Origin: Phaeosaccion multiseriatum
Lineage: Eukaryota > Protista > Ochrophyta, other classes
Length of the DNA stretch: 64,000 nt
Direction of reading: 5' to 3'
NCBI GenBank assembly: GCA_965112735.1
Contig: OZ218964.1
Span: 1,860,001 to 1,924,000 of the forward strand
Shown here: positions 26,241-38,383 of the stretch, one piece after another
Numbering within the stretch: position 1 is the stretch's first letter
How the letters are laid out: the number at the start of each line of letters is the position of its first letter
Translations under genes and position numbers: made by a program
The notes under the pieces: generated by a model
The model's database searches: none
Told to the model about the DNA's origin: nothing
The model's input: the letters and a program-made list of their open reading frames with translations, nothing else

Positions 26241-28687
26241 TTACACGTGCAGCCTCTCCCGGACCTTGGTCACGAGCTCCTGGTCAGCCTCGAGCTGCTT
26301 GACTATGTCGCTGTTTAGTCTGTACTCCGTGTCGTTCATGTCCTCGGCTTTTCGCCTCCTTCTCGTGTCCTCAATCTATATACGAAGCAAGGCGAGAGCA
26401 GGGAGATAGAGACGGATGGTTGAGGGGTGGAACTGCATCTCTTCGCAAGTTCGAAGGAGTGGGACAGCCCGTGCGGATAGATATTCGTACATACACAAAT
26501 ACGAGCATAGAGACATGCATATACATGCATACATACCTGCTTCTCGAGTGCGCTCTTGTAGGCCATCATGTTGACTCGCTTATCCCTCGCCTTCCGCCCT
26601 TCGGACTGGATATACGCGTTCTGCTCCTCTGCGTACTTTCTGGCAAACTCCTGCTCCGTTTGGTCCACGCGCTCCCTGGCAGAGCCGGGGGTGGGGGTGG
26701 GGGACAAGGTAGCCATTAGCACTATAGGAATGTGGGTAGGGGGAAACGAGACAATAGTCAAACCACGTACTTCATCCTGCGCTTCTCCTCGATGGCCTTC
26801 TTGTTCTCGTGTGCCATGAGCTCCGCACCCGTCCTCTTCTTCTCAATGTCCCTCTTCTCTCTATCCATGTTGGCCTGGTCCTGCTTGCGCGCCGCTTCGA
26901 GGATGCGCAGCTCCATCCTCCTCTCCTCCTCCGCCATGATCTTCCCCGCACCTTGATTTGCCCAAAAGGTTCCGATGGCATCATATCGCTGCATTCTTTG
27001 AGCTTGCTGGTCGGCCCTCGCCTTCTCCTCCCGCTCCACTCGCTCACGGTAGGCCTGGTTTGGGTGTTAGATAGAGAGGGAGGGGCATAAAAAGACGCTG
27101 GGGGGTGCTGAATACGAGCAGCGAGTACAGCAGTAGGCAGACAGCACGCACCACCATGAGCATTCGGTCTTCTTCGGCTTCCTTCTCCCTCGCGGTTTGG
27201 CGAATCTGCTGTAGTCGGTGGTTTTCCTCGCGGAGATCGGCCAGACGCTTCCTCTCAGCTGAGAGAGAGGGACAAAGGGAGGGAGGACATGTAAGCGCAG
27301 CGGGGAGGCTCTTGTCCGGGCTGGGGTACCAAGTCACTCACCTGCAGCCCTGGCTTCTGCGGCATCCTCCTGTGCCTTCATTTCAGCTTGCACCTGCGTG
27401 GGGCAAACGAGCCAACAACAACAGCGACATCATGAGGCCAGAGTATCGGCCAACCAATTGGAGAGGAATGAGAACAGCGACGTACCCGCAGATTCTCCTG
27501 GTGCTCTCTCTCCATCCGCGCGGCGGCCTCCCGCTCCATCCTGTGCCTCTTCTCCTCAATCTGCTGCTCGCGGACCATGCGCTCCTCAAGGTGCTTCTGG
27601 TGGAGCTTCTTCTTCTCATTCTCCTGCTCATCCAAGTACTCCTGCAGCTTGTCCTCTTGCTCCTATTGGGCACAGTACGATACAAGGAAGGACGGCAGCA
27701 AGTGTCGGTTTCGGGGCTGTGGTGATTCATTCAGTCGAGCCGCGCCTTTTCTGGGCCAGAACAGGACGAACCTTGAACATTTTGCGCTTCTCGCCCACTT
27801 CGCGCTTCTTCTCGACCTCCGCTTTGCTTCGAGACACGGCCAGTTCCTGTCGCACACGCGCCTGTCGCGCGTTCGAGTTGGGTTTAGTGGGGAAGCGGGG
27901 GGGCGGGGGGTCAACAAAGAGAGCAAGCGCCTTTAGAATGAAGGCCTCTGACAGACAGCAAATGAAGATGGAAGTGAAGCGCTCTACCTTGGCCTCGCGG
28001 ACGGCATCCTCCTTCTTCTTGTCTTTCTCCTCATCCCGAATCTGTTTCGCAACGTCGAAGGCTCGCCAGTCACGAGCAACGTCAAGGAAACCGGCCTTAT
28101 CGCCCGTCCCTCCGCTGCTATCCCTCCCCGCAGAATCACCTCGAGTGTCTTGGTCGTCCGACTGGGGCTGCTGCGGTCGTTTGGTACCAAAGAAATACCA
28201 TCATCAGCGGCCAGGAGGAGGCACATAAAGAGAAAACACTATATCCGTGTGCTGCACACACGCACCCGCGACTCTCTCCGGCTAACGGCAGGGCTGCCGC
28301 GGCTACCCCCCTCGCCACTGCCAGAGCCACCGTTCTTCAAGCCCGCGGCATATTCTTGTCGGGCTTGCCGAATGTCCTTTTCAAGCTGCATCACTTGCTC
28401 GTCGGAAGGGGAAGGGTACTGCTCGGCAAACGCCGACGCCATAGCCACAATCTGCCTGTTGAGAAGCGAGTGCGGCTTCCTGCGAGAAGTGCAAAAGCGT
28501 GCATATCGTGTGAGCGTTGAGTCTACTGTTCGCTCCCTTCTCCAACCCTCCTCCCAGCTTCTTACTTGGACCCCAGTTTCTGAACAAACTTCTGGCACAG
28601 CATGGTGGAGAGCTTGGCGGAGCGGCCTTTGTTGGCCTCTCTCTCTCGTATCGCGAGAAGCCGTTGGTGGCGCTTGTCGGTCACCAT
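26241..28687 (-). CDS. E/K/R-rich coiled-coil protein (trichohyalin-plectin-homology-like, probably flagellar), multi-exon
   Basis: Exonic ORFs rich in charged helical sequence (EEERRMELRILEAARKQ; YKSALEKQI); C-terminal MNDTEYRLN...RLHV stop at 26241; ATG at 28687. Confidence 0.6.
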
Positions 28688-29002
28688 CCTTGCTTGCTTT
28701 CTCACCGGTGGTAGCTTCTATTGGGGGGAGGGATATTGGGAAAGCTCTCTGTCTCTTTCCTTTTTTTCCTGTGTAACTGTGGTACAGTTGTAACTGTCGG
28801 GTGCTAACGATCTTATTTCAAATTCTCATTTCTCATCGACTGTTGGGACTTTATTTCACGATGGAGTATCATGCCATTTAATCGCCGCCTCAACAGCACC
28901 GATAAGCTTGATTGAGGAACAGCAGTAGCATCGCTCGAGAATAAAATCTTGAACCAGGACCAGTGGTGGGAGCGCGGGAGATCTAGCAGAGGCTAGCTGC
29001 TC

Positions 29003-31298
29003 ATGTTGTTTAACAACATCGTTCGCCGACGGTCTTTATTGTCAGAGAAGAAAATGACCTCGACCATGGGGAAGCAGGCAGCACTTTTGACGCCGCGTCG
29101 AGAAGTGGACGGCCGTCCCTCGCCGGCACTTTCCTCGATTTCTCCGCTCTCGCGAATGGAAATTGACAAGCTCGAGGTGAGGGTTGGTTGTGCTGCTGCG
29201 CACGTTGTGGTCCTCCGGTCCCTCCTGTGCATCTTGCAGGCTGTGTCTCCTTGCTGACCGACCTCTTGCTAAATTATGCGCTTGATGACTCTCTCTCCCC
29301 TTGCAGTCGGAGTTCACAACTATCTTCTCTGCGCGACACTCACCCGCCGATGAGTTTGCGGGGTCGCTCTCTCCGCTCTTCAATCTGAGCAGCAGCAGTG
29401 GGGGGGCGAACAGCAGTAGTAGCGGCGGATCTATCGTTCGCCGGCGCAGTAGCATTAGCTCTAGCGTATTTTCAGAGGATTTCCTCCGCGAGGAGGCGGC
29501 GCACAAGCAGTTTGGTGGGGAAACAGAGGAAGAAGGCGTAGAGCAGGGCCGGGATACAGACCGAGAGTGGGGGAGCGACAGTATGGCTCGCCCACAGTCG
29601 AGGGGTGTCTCGGGAAGAAAGAAGATGCGGGTGCAGCAGGAGTATTATAGAGATTGCGCAGCCTCCAACGCGTCGGACGGCACCACATTTGCGCGCCTTA
29701 GTAGTGGCAGCAGCAGCGGGGATAGGAATCAACAGGAGAAGCGGGCGTCTCAGGCAGCTGAGAGCATCATCAGCATGTCGAGAGTCAGCGAGTCAGGTGC
29801 CGGGGGGAGCGGATCAATCCGGCCCTTGAGCAGAGTGAACAGTTTCCAGCGAGAGCAAGATTCACCGTGTGTGGATGGGGCACATTTCGAGGGGGCGTAC
29901 ATGAAACGCGAAATGGGTGACCATAGCTTGGCGCAGAAACTCCCACGACCCCAGTCTGTTCCTCCCCATCATCCCCATCAGCAGCAGCAGTACCACCACG
30001 ATCAGCATCCGCAGCAGCGGCAGCAGTATCAGCACCAGCACCAGCACCAGCAGATGCACTCTGAGGCAGAGGTCGGATCCAGCAACCAGCTGGGCCCTTC
30101 CCCATCCGCTTCTCAGAACCTCACGGGACATTGGACGGATCGACAGCAGAGTAGGAGTCCCCGCGCCCTACAGTCTGTGGAGGGGGAGACTCCCGGCGTT
30201 GGAGGAGCAAAGCGGGATGCGGGGCCTTCTTCCTCCCCCTCCTCTTGCTCCCCCTCCTCCTCCTCCTCCTTTTCCTCCTCCTCTTCCCCCTCTTCCTCCT
30301 CTTCCATGTTCCCTCCCGCCAACATTTCCAAGTCGACAGTCCCGCCCGCCAAATGCTGTCCAGATGTGGGCAAGGATGGTGCAGAGACGGGAGAGCCCAA
30401 CGTGTCCCCTCAGCCGGGGGACAAGAGTGGGCGCCGACCGAGCAAGTGGACAAGGGGAGAGGACAGGCTCTTGGAGATGGCTGTCAAGCAGCACGGGGAG
30501 ATGAACTGGAAAGCCATTGCAAAGATTGTCAAGACCAAGCACCACACGCAGTGTTTGCAGCGATGGAAACGCGTCTTGAGGCCTGACCTCAAGAAGGGTC
30601 GATGGACTCCGGCGGAAGACGCGCATCTGGTGGCGTTGGTCAGTCAGGGCTTTACGAACTGGGTCAATCTGTCTAAGCAGCTTGAAGGCCGAACCAGCAA
30701 GCAGTGTAGAGAGCGCTGGTGCCACCACTTGGACCCCTCTGTGAAGAAGGGTAGCTACACAGAAGAGGAGGACAAGCTCATTGTAGAAACGCAGCTCAAG
30801 CTGGGCAACCGCTGGGCGCAGATATCGGCAATGCTTCCGGGCAGAACGGAGAACGCCGTCAAGATCCGGTGGAAGGCCATCCAGAGGAGTCGAAAGTTGG
30901 CAGATGCAGGATCTTCGGCAAAGGCGCCCGCAGCCAAGGGCAAGAAAGCTCCACCGACGGGACTGAGGCAGATGGCCGGCTATGCGCGCGCTGCGAATAT
31001 GCGCAATCAAGACCAACAACAGCAGAAGAAAAAGCAGCAGCAGAAGAAGAATCAGAATCTTGCACCAGCCCCACTGGACCCAGACCATGGAATGCCGCCG
31101 CACTTCGAAAAGCCGACTCCGAAAAAGGGCTCTCTGGCTTGGGCAAGTCCACTGACGAAAGGGCGGATGGAGGGCAGGTCCAGTGGATCGATCCGGTCAT
31201 CCCTTGACAGCTTACATCCGTATACCTTCAGTCCGCATGAGCCGCTGTCGCCAGGAGACGCCATGCTGGCAGTCTTGGCTTCGTCGACGCCCCCTTGA
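29003..31298 (+). CDS. R1R2R3 (3R) MYB transcription factor
   Basis: Three tandem Myb repeats: KWTRGED...QCLQRW, KKGRWTPAED...RTSKQCRERW, KKGSYTEEED...GNRWAQI...GRTENAVKIRW; short first exon to ~29176; start codon uncertain (29003 or 29054). Confidence 0.92.
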
Positions 31299-31459
31299 GC
31301 ATCGCATCACAAGGGAGTGTGTGTAGTATCTGTTCGCGCCCCGCGCGTGTGTGTGTATATATGGGGCACCATCCCTAAGAGAGTTCCACTTTCATTTCAT
31401 TTTTTTAACATTTTTAAAAACTAATTACAGTACATACGAACAAAGCTGACTTTAGATTG

Positions 31460-33607
31460 TCATATTGGAGGGAGGGTAGCACGGCACGTGGGGCACTCGA
31501 GCTTGATGTCCATCCACCTGCTCAGACACGCGCTATGAAACACGTGCAGACAAGGGGTCACCACCGCTCCCTCCTCCTCCACTCTCTGGTAGCAAATGGC
31601 ACACTCATGCAGATTGCCCTGCTCCACATCCGCTGTACCTGACTCGGCCACGGGAAGCGCTCGGTAGTAGTTGTATCGAGGAGGGCGGAACATTTTTGGC
31701 ACGAAAAAGAGGGGCCCAAAACGGTCTTGAGCCATCAGGACGAGCGCCTGCGCGCCAACCCACGCCATGAGCCCAAAGCAGAACCAAGGCCTCGTCTCGT
31801 ACGAGGGATTCACCAGCTTGATGAACGAGTGAGGACACCCGAAAAAGTACAACGGAACCAAGAGCCGATTCGCCGACATGCCAATCAGATAGTTGCGGTG
31901 AAAGGCCCCGCGCGTCTCTCTTTTCACATTCTTGACGATCTGAGGGATCCAAAAGCCGTACAAGCTTGCAAAAACCAGCAGCCGCGGCCCCCCTCTGAAC
32001 ATCCACGCGCTGAGTAGCACGAGAAACAGTACGGAGTAGAACCGACAGTGCAGGGCTGCCAGTTCCCTGCGCATTCGGACCCAGCCGCCCTCGAAGAAAC
32101 TCTGCGGCTGCTGGGCTTGGTAGATCATGATAATGTACCTCATCTCGAAGACACAAAAGAGGATGAGCTTGACGAAGGCAATGGTTCCAAACACCACCAT
32201 GAGCTGCTGCGTGGAGGCGCACATGAAGATGTGCACGATGCAAAGCAGGGCGTCGATCATAGCCTGCATGCCGATGGAGTACAGACTCACCCTCGCCATT
32301 TGCGCCTGCGTGCTGCTGTACGCGAGCTGCTTGACTAGCAGTCCAATCTGAGCGATGCACACCAGCGTGACGACAACGCTGTAATTCACGGCCTTGGGGT
32401 AAAACTCGGCCCAGGGGAGTCGACTTGTGGTCATAATGGCTGTCGCAGACACCTTGAGCGTTTGATCGCAGTTGAGGCCCTCCAGTCGTCCGCTTAGCGC
32501 TTCCACCCAAGCAGGAGCGGCAGTAAGAGGAGCTTTGCCCTCCTCCGCCTCCATGACGGTCTTTAAAGTCATGACAAAGACACAGTCCTTGCCATTCGGA
32601 GAGCTCTTCGCAAAGTTCACCGGCAGGCCCCGAGGGCTAATGCCCACCCAGCTCTGGTCTTGCCCTACCTTTGCGTTATTTGGCCACGCGAACACATTAG
32701 TAAACAAATCGGGCTCGCTCTCTGTCCCGCTGCTGCTGCTTGCGCTGGTGCTGTTTCCCTTCTGAGAAGCGGTGCCAAGGTGCCGACGAGCAACATGGGC
32801 AATGTACTCTGACTCTGACACTCTCGTTGCCGCTACCGCTGCCCCCCCCAGTGGGATCATGGTTCGTTTCCCGCCTGCTTCGTCCACCCTCAACTTCATT
32901 TCTGCTCCGAGGCCTCGCGTGTGCGGCCCCCCCTCCTGCACCGTCTCGTTTGTGGCTGCAGGATTGTTCCAAACGAGCTTCACTGAGGGTTGGTTGGTTG
33001 CTCGGCTTACCACCGCCGAAATGGTGCCGTGACTATGCATGTAAGCCCCTTGGACATTGTATAACAGATCGTTCCGCTTGGAGCGAATGTCCGCCCCGTT
33101 TTGGTACATGTGTACTACCCCCCACAGCAAGCTGACCTCGTTGTTTGTGCCTTCCAAGGGAAGCTGTGTCATATGCATGAGAATGCTTCCCTCCCCTCCC
33201 AAGCTGACTGACGCATTGGGAGTAATAACGGAGCCCGTGGCCGCCCCGCCGCTACCACCATTCTCGTTAAAGGTCTTCTGCACGACACTCTTCACGTTGT
33301 CGATCACGCTCCAACTGCCTGTGTAAATGCCCGTGGCATTGAGAGGATACACCACGTCATCCTCCCCCAAGTGCCCACCAAGAACCTCCTGGACGATCTC
33401 GAGCTTTTTGGTGTCTTGCCGAGACGGAGGAATGCTCCCGCCCCCCCTCGCTGGCCTCGTGGAGCTCTTGTTGGCGGCCGCGTTGCTGCTGTTCCGCACG
33501 TCCATCATAAAGAACATTAGTATCACCATCAGCCCCACCCGAAGCATCCGCTGTCGCTGGCGTTGGAGCATTTCATCATCCCCATTGCCCCCTCCGGGCA
33601 TCAACAT
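31460..33607 (-). CDS. TUL1/DSC1/FLY-like transmembrane RING-H2 E3 ubiquitin ligase (single exon)
   Basis: NATGIYTGSW luminal motif, multiple TM helices (RVSLYSIGMQAMID, FWIPQIVKNV, PLYFFGCP), C-terminal CAIC...TPCLHVFHSACLSRWMDIKLECPTCRATLPP. Confidence 0.9.
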   Translation of the reverse strand: MLMPGGGNGDDEMLQRQRQRMLRVGLMVILMFFMMDVRNSSNAAANKSSTRPARGGGSIPPSRQDTKKLEIVQEVLGGHLGEDDVVYPLNATGIYTGSWSVIDNVKSVVQKTFNENGGSGGAATGSVITPNASVSLGGEGSILMHMTQLPLEGTNNEVSLLWGVVHMYQNGADIRSKRNDLLYNVQGAYMHSHGTISAVVSRATNQPSVKLVWNNPAATNETVQEGGPHTRGLGAEMKLRVDEAGGKRTMIPLGGAAVAATRVSESEYIAHVARRHLGTASQKGNSTSASSSSGTESEPDLFTNVFAWPNNAKVGQDQSWVGISPRGLPVNFAKSSPNGKDCVFVMTLKTVMEAEEGKAPLTAAPAWVEALSGRLEGLNCDQTLKVSATAIMTTSRLPWAEFYPKAVNYSVVVTLVCIAQIGLLVKQLAYSSTQAQMARVSLYSIGMQAMIDALLCIVHIFMCASTQQLMVVFGTIAFVKLILFCVFEMRYIIMIYQAQQPQSFFEGGWVRMRRELAALHCRFYSVLFLVLLSAWMFRGGPRLLVFASLYGFWIPQIVKNVKRETRGAFHRNYLIGMSANRLLVPLYFFGCPHSFIKLVNPSYETRPWFCFGLMAWVGAQALVLMAQDRFGPLFFVPKMFRPPRYNYYRALPVAESGTADVEQGNLHECAICYQRVEEEGAVVTPCLHVFHSACLSRWMDIKLECPTCRATLPPI

Positions 33608-33839
33608 CCTTCCTCCTACGAGCTGGAACAGCTCAGAGTATCTAATCAAAATACAGTACGAGAGGAATCAGTCGGCCGCCATTGCCTTAATGGACATTGG
33701 GCATGTGGCTACGACCACTAAAGACAGCGCAGAGGAGAGAGGGAGAGAGATGGAGAGGGGAGACAGTAAATACTATGTGTGATTGGGTACAGTTGAATAA
33801 GGGAGGCCCAACTTTCTCCCCGAACATTGAACATTCCTT

Positions 33840-34259
33840 TCAGCCCCATGCGCTTTCGCTCTAGGCCGCTAGGCCGCTCGGCCTTCCGCCGATCTAGGCC
33901 TAGGCCGGCGGCCTCCGGCCGCTCTAGACCGCTCACTTTTCAATCCTAGGCGGCCTCTAGCCCGCCTCTAGGCAGCCTGCCAGTGACCGTGGGCGCGTGC
34001 GTGGTGCCGCCCAGCCAGTGGGTAGCAGCACACCTGCACTCCTCGTAGGGCCATTTACTCCTCACTTCCAATCCCATGCAATACATTTGCTTAATACTGA
34101 CTACTCTTTGCACTCTGAGCACTCCCACCGTCCGCCTAGTTGGCGTCTGCCCTAGGCCGCCTAGGCGGCGGTATACAAATAGGCCGAGGGCCTACGGCCC
34201 TCGCTAGGCCGGGCAATTTTCCCAAATAGGCGTAGGCCGCTAGGCGTGCATGGGGCTGA
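33840..34259. mobile_element. Non-autonomous TIR element 'A2' (420 bp, TAGGCC-rich arms)
   Basis: 12-bp TIR TCAGCCCCATGC / GCATGGGGCTGA; flanking TTCCTT at 33834-33839 and 34260-34265; both arms packed with TAGGCC/TAGGCG around a ~165-bp unique core. Confidence 0.85.
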
Positions 34260-34264
34260 TTCCT

Positions 34265-34402
34265 TCGACTCCGGACAAGATAACGGTGTGCGCCGAGAGA
34301 GACATCAGTAATCAGGCCGGCTGGTCACCGGCTGTAATCAGTAATCAGGCCGGCTGGATCAGTGTGATCAGGCCGGCTCAGGTATATACTGTCCAGAGTC
34401 GA
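34265..34402 (-). mobile_element. Small TIR element 'B3' (138 bp)
   Basis: TIR TCGACTCCGGACA / TGTCCAGAGTCGA (12/13 match); flanking ATTCCT at 34259-34264 and 34403-34408; internal ATCAGTAATCAGGCCGGCTG repeats are the reverse complement of the B1 repeats. Confidence 0.87.
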
Positions 34403-34446
34403 ATTCCTTAGAGGTATTTCATTTCATTAGTCCTCCACGAGCTGAT

Positions 34447-37400
34447 CTACCCATGCTGCGCATCCTCTGAGAGCAAGAGCCATTCGTTGCGAGTTCGGAC
34501 AGCCGCTTGCCGCACGGGCCTCCTCCGGTCATCCAGGGGCTTGCGCAGCGCACGCGTCACCTGTGAAGGGAAAGAGAATCAGATGCAGCGGTGAGTATGA
34601 TAACAATAGGGTAGGGTAGAACCATACCACTCGGAGTACATACACACACATATACATACCTCGTCTCTGAGAGGGTGCAGGCTGCTGTAGGGCAGAGAGG
34701 TCAGCAGAGAGAGGCACTGAAGGGAGGCCAGGCGGGCCCGAGCCCTGGGGTGCGACCTGAGTTTCGTGGCAGGGCAGGACTTATCTTGATTAGAGAGACA
34801 CAAACAAGAGAAGGGGAGAGGAACAAGAAGGAGACATAAACGCACGGGCTTACCTCGCCAAGTCGCACAGCAGCGGCAGCAGTGTGGGCACGTGTGGCAG
34901 CATGAGTGTGCTGTCTCCGAGAGGGAACTTGAGGAGCGATGCCAAGGCGAGGCCACTCAGCGTGGGCTCCCCTAAGCCCAGGGCAAGGCAAATATCGGGC
35001 AGCAGCTTCTCCATGTCTGCCGCGCTCATGACGCGCGTGCTGTCCTTGGCCAAGTGGAGCAGGCCCAGCAAGGGCGCCACGTTTTCTTTCAGCTTCCCGG
35101 CCCCTGCCAGCCGAGAAAAGGCGGAGACAAAGAAGCGCTGATGCCACAGAAGATTCTTCTGAAAGGAGATTTGCTTGGTGTCGGCCATAATAGTTCCAAC
35201 CCCCCCCGCTACCGCCATGGCGGCCTCCCTGCTTAGGCTCGGGCCGTTGCTGATCAAAATGGCCCCACAGAACATGTTAACCAGCTCGTTGTACGCGCTG
35301 CTGGGGCTACCCCTCAAGATCACGGCCTTGGTGAGCCACGTGAGAAGGTGTACGTGCCCTCCTTCTGCTGCCGTGGGAGCCTGAGCCTTTTCTCGCAAGG
35401 TGGCAAGAGCCATATCCAGCACCTCGCCGGCAGGCAGCCTGTTCACCAGAGCGGCCACGCACTGGCTGGCCGCCTCTGCAGCAGCGCCGCCGTCAGGCTC
35501 TGGAGACTCTGGACAAGCGATTGGAAGCAGCACCAAGTACGCACGTCGGAGGGTGCCTTCCTCCCAACACTGCAAGAGCGTCTCGCGTGCCACAGAGCCG
35601 AAGATCGCCGCCAGCACGGATATTGTTGGTAATGCCTTGGCTGCTTGCACATCCCCCCCGCCGCCCAGAAACAGTCCCAGCGACAGCATGGACAGTACCA
35701 CCTGCGACTCCTGCGGCACTTTGCCGAAACTGACCCGAACCACCTCGACTGTGGACTCCAGGATGGGCTTCCCAAACTCGTTCGAGGCCAACGAGCTGCT
35801 ATCAGAGAGGGCAACGAGAATGTCGCCCAAGAGCCCACGCTCGGTTTTCCCGAAAAGAGTTTCGGTCCCTATCCATCTGGGGGTTTTGATAGGTAGCAGT
35901 CTTGGGTGTTAAAGAGGGAGAAGGGGGGGGGGGGGAGGGGGAAGAGGTACCTTTGGGCATTCATTGCCTTACCTGCCGTCAGAAGCCTGCATGTCCGAGC
36001 TTGCTTCGAGCACAGTGGCGAGGCTGGAGAGCGCCGCCGCCCCCTCTGCGGATACATTCAGACTCCCCTCGCTCGAAACCACACATGCCACCAGCTGGGG
36101 CACGACTACCGAGAGCACAGCGGGAATACGACACAACCGCTCCAGAGCCGTGCTACTGCTACTACTGCTGCTGCTACTGCTGCTACTACTGCTGCTGGCT
36201 TGGCTCCAAAACCGCTCCAACAGCGCAGGCACTGTATCTTGTACTATGAGCTGGGCGTACTCCCCCCGCTTCAGCCCCACGCTCTCCAAGCTTGTGATTG
36301 TTTCGTCTTCAGAGACAAGGCGGCGCGAAGCGTCCCACAGGTCGTCGGAGAGGACGCGTGTAAAGCGACTTACAATGTCTTTCACATCCGCCGTCGTCAG
36401 CAGAGGACTGGGGGGAAGAGTGACCAACGCCGTCAAACCCTGCATCGTGAGACACAACCATGCATCGCACACCTCCTTGGGTCGTGTTTCACTACTCTCC
36501 CCCCCACACACTGCGTCCATAGTGTCGCACATACACTGGCGAATAGCCTCCGAAAACTCGCCGAGAGGAGGCCGATCAAAGTCCACGACAGGATCCGTGG
36601 CCCGAATCAATCCCACCAGGGCGTCCGTCGCAGCCCTCGCCCGTTCCGCGGCCCGTACGTCCCACTCGAGCGGCGGGGTCGCCCTCCCCCCGCCAGCTGA
36701 AATAATGCTCAACAGGGGGTGCACCGCCAAGCGCAGCACCTCGCGGAGACTGAAAGAGCAAGACAAGGCCACGGCGCGTAAGAGCTTAGCAGCGCTCACG
36801 CCTACCATGGAATCGGGGTCGTTCTGGGTTTCGACCAAGCACCGCTGCAGTAAGGGAGCTGTAAACTGCTGCCAAGCCATGCTCTCCCTTGGCGAAGGGG
36901 AAGCAGTCTGTACACTGCCCGCGATAATACTGCTCAGCTGCGTGAGGGTGTTGAGGGCTCGATTAGTGCTCTCCGAAAGCCCGCTTTGAGCGATTTCTGT
37001 GTAAAGCGCATCACTGATCCCCCGCAGGTGCCTGTGACATGCAGGGACGCCGAACGTGGCCACGGCAGCGGACAGCGTTGTCAGAGCCGCCTCTTTGGCC
37101 GCAGCGACGCTGCTCCCTGCGAAGAAGAGTGGAGTCAGTTAGGCTCAGACATTCGGGCCTAACTGTTCTCTATCTATTGTTTTGGGCCTCAACACAAGCA
37201 AGCGACTTACCAAGCTTGTCGAGTAGCATGGGGATGGTGTGTATGGCCATCGCGCCACTGCCCAGCAGCACACCCTCCAACACACTCCTCAGGGACTCCG
37301 GCGTGATTTGGTGCGGGTCGTTCTTTGGCTGAGTAAAGGTGATGGGATAGTAGCAGGCCGTCGCATCGAACACCTCCTCGGCAGCGGCCTCCATCTCCGT

Positions 37401-38217
37401 AGGAAAGACATGCTGCATCTTCCGCAGACAAGCGAGGGCAACCACTAGGCAACGAGGATCCTTCTCCCCGTCCATAGCAGCCAGAAAGCCTTGTATAAAG
37501 ATTGAGGCACCCCTGTCCTTGTCCAGCTTCGACGTCAACACCGCTCGTGTGGTATCGTCGCACACCAGCTCAGACAAGAGCTCCAACCCGCTCTGACGAA
37601 TGCTCTACAGACAAGTCGTTATGGGAGAATGGGTATAAGAGAGTCCATACTTTACTTCGAAAGAACACGCCGCGCACCTTGGCCTACCTGCATGAGTGCC
37701 GGGAGGTGCACGTCCGCAAAAATGGCCCCCGCAATGGCCGCAGGAGACTCTTCCCCCAGCTTGCTCCGGTGAAGGCGCACAAGCTGCTGGAGAGCCAGCA
37801 GGGATGGCTGAACTGAGGGATAGTCAGACAAGCGGCCCAAGAAGAAAGTGGCCAAGGTAGCCACGCCTTGGGCGGGTATTGCCAGGCTGGGCAGACGGCC
37901 CAGAATCTCTGCCAGCAGCAGCGTAGCTCTCTCTCGAATCTGGGGAGAAGGGAGGGGGCAGTAGCGCAGCGGGGGCATTAGCGGACCACCACTACCCGCT
38001 CATTCCCCTAAGAACTGACCTTTGGGTCGTCCACGTTGAGGTAGTCACCCATGTGGTCTGCGATGAGTGAGGTGAGGCCTTGTGGGCCCTGGCGATGGAT
38101 GGTCAGAACCACTCCGTTCAGGGCCTTCGTGTGCGCGTCCTCTCCCTGCTCTGGATCAATAAAAGCGTCCACATTAGGGAGCAAAGGGGCATCCCGCGAC
38201 AGGCCGAACTCGGCCAT
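34447..38217 (-). CDS. MMS19: MMS19/MET18 cytosolic iron-sulfur assembly HEAT-repeat protein
   Basis: IRERATLLLAEIL, FIQGFLAAMDGEKDPRCL, FDATACYYPITF..PKNDPHQIT, LWHQRFF, C-terminal LDDRRRPVRQAAVRTRNEW. Confidence 0.92.
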
Positions 38218-38383
38218 ATATTACTCGACTCCCTCTCTTTTGAGGTACGGATTCGCTCAGCCACACGAGTTGGTGATACGGTTCAACAGAAATGGTGGAG
38301 GACCAACACGTCCCCCACCCCGATCCCCTTCCCCATCCCCTTCTCTAATCCTTCCCTCTCTCTCCCCCTGCTTGTCCTACTCA

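Noticed and set aside
33946-34128. 60-aa ORF inside A2 as a transposase fragment
   Set aside because: No recognisable transposase motif; too short to support.
35906-36989. Long plus-strand ORFs
   Set aside because: Antisense shadows of the GC-rich MMS19 exon.
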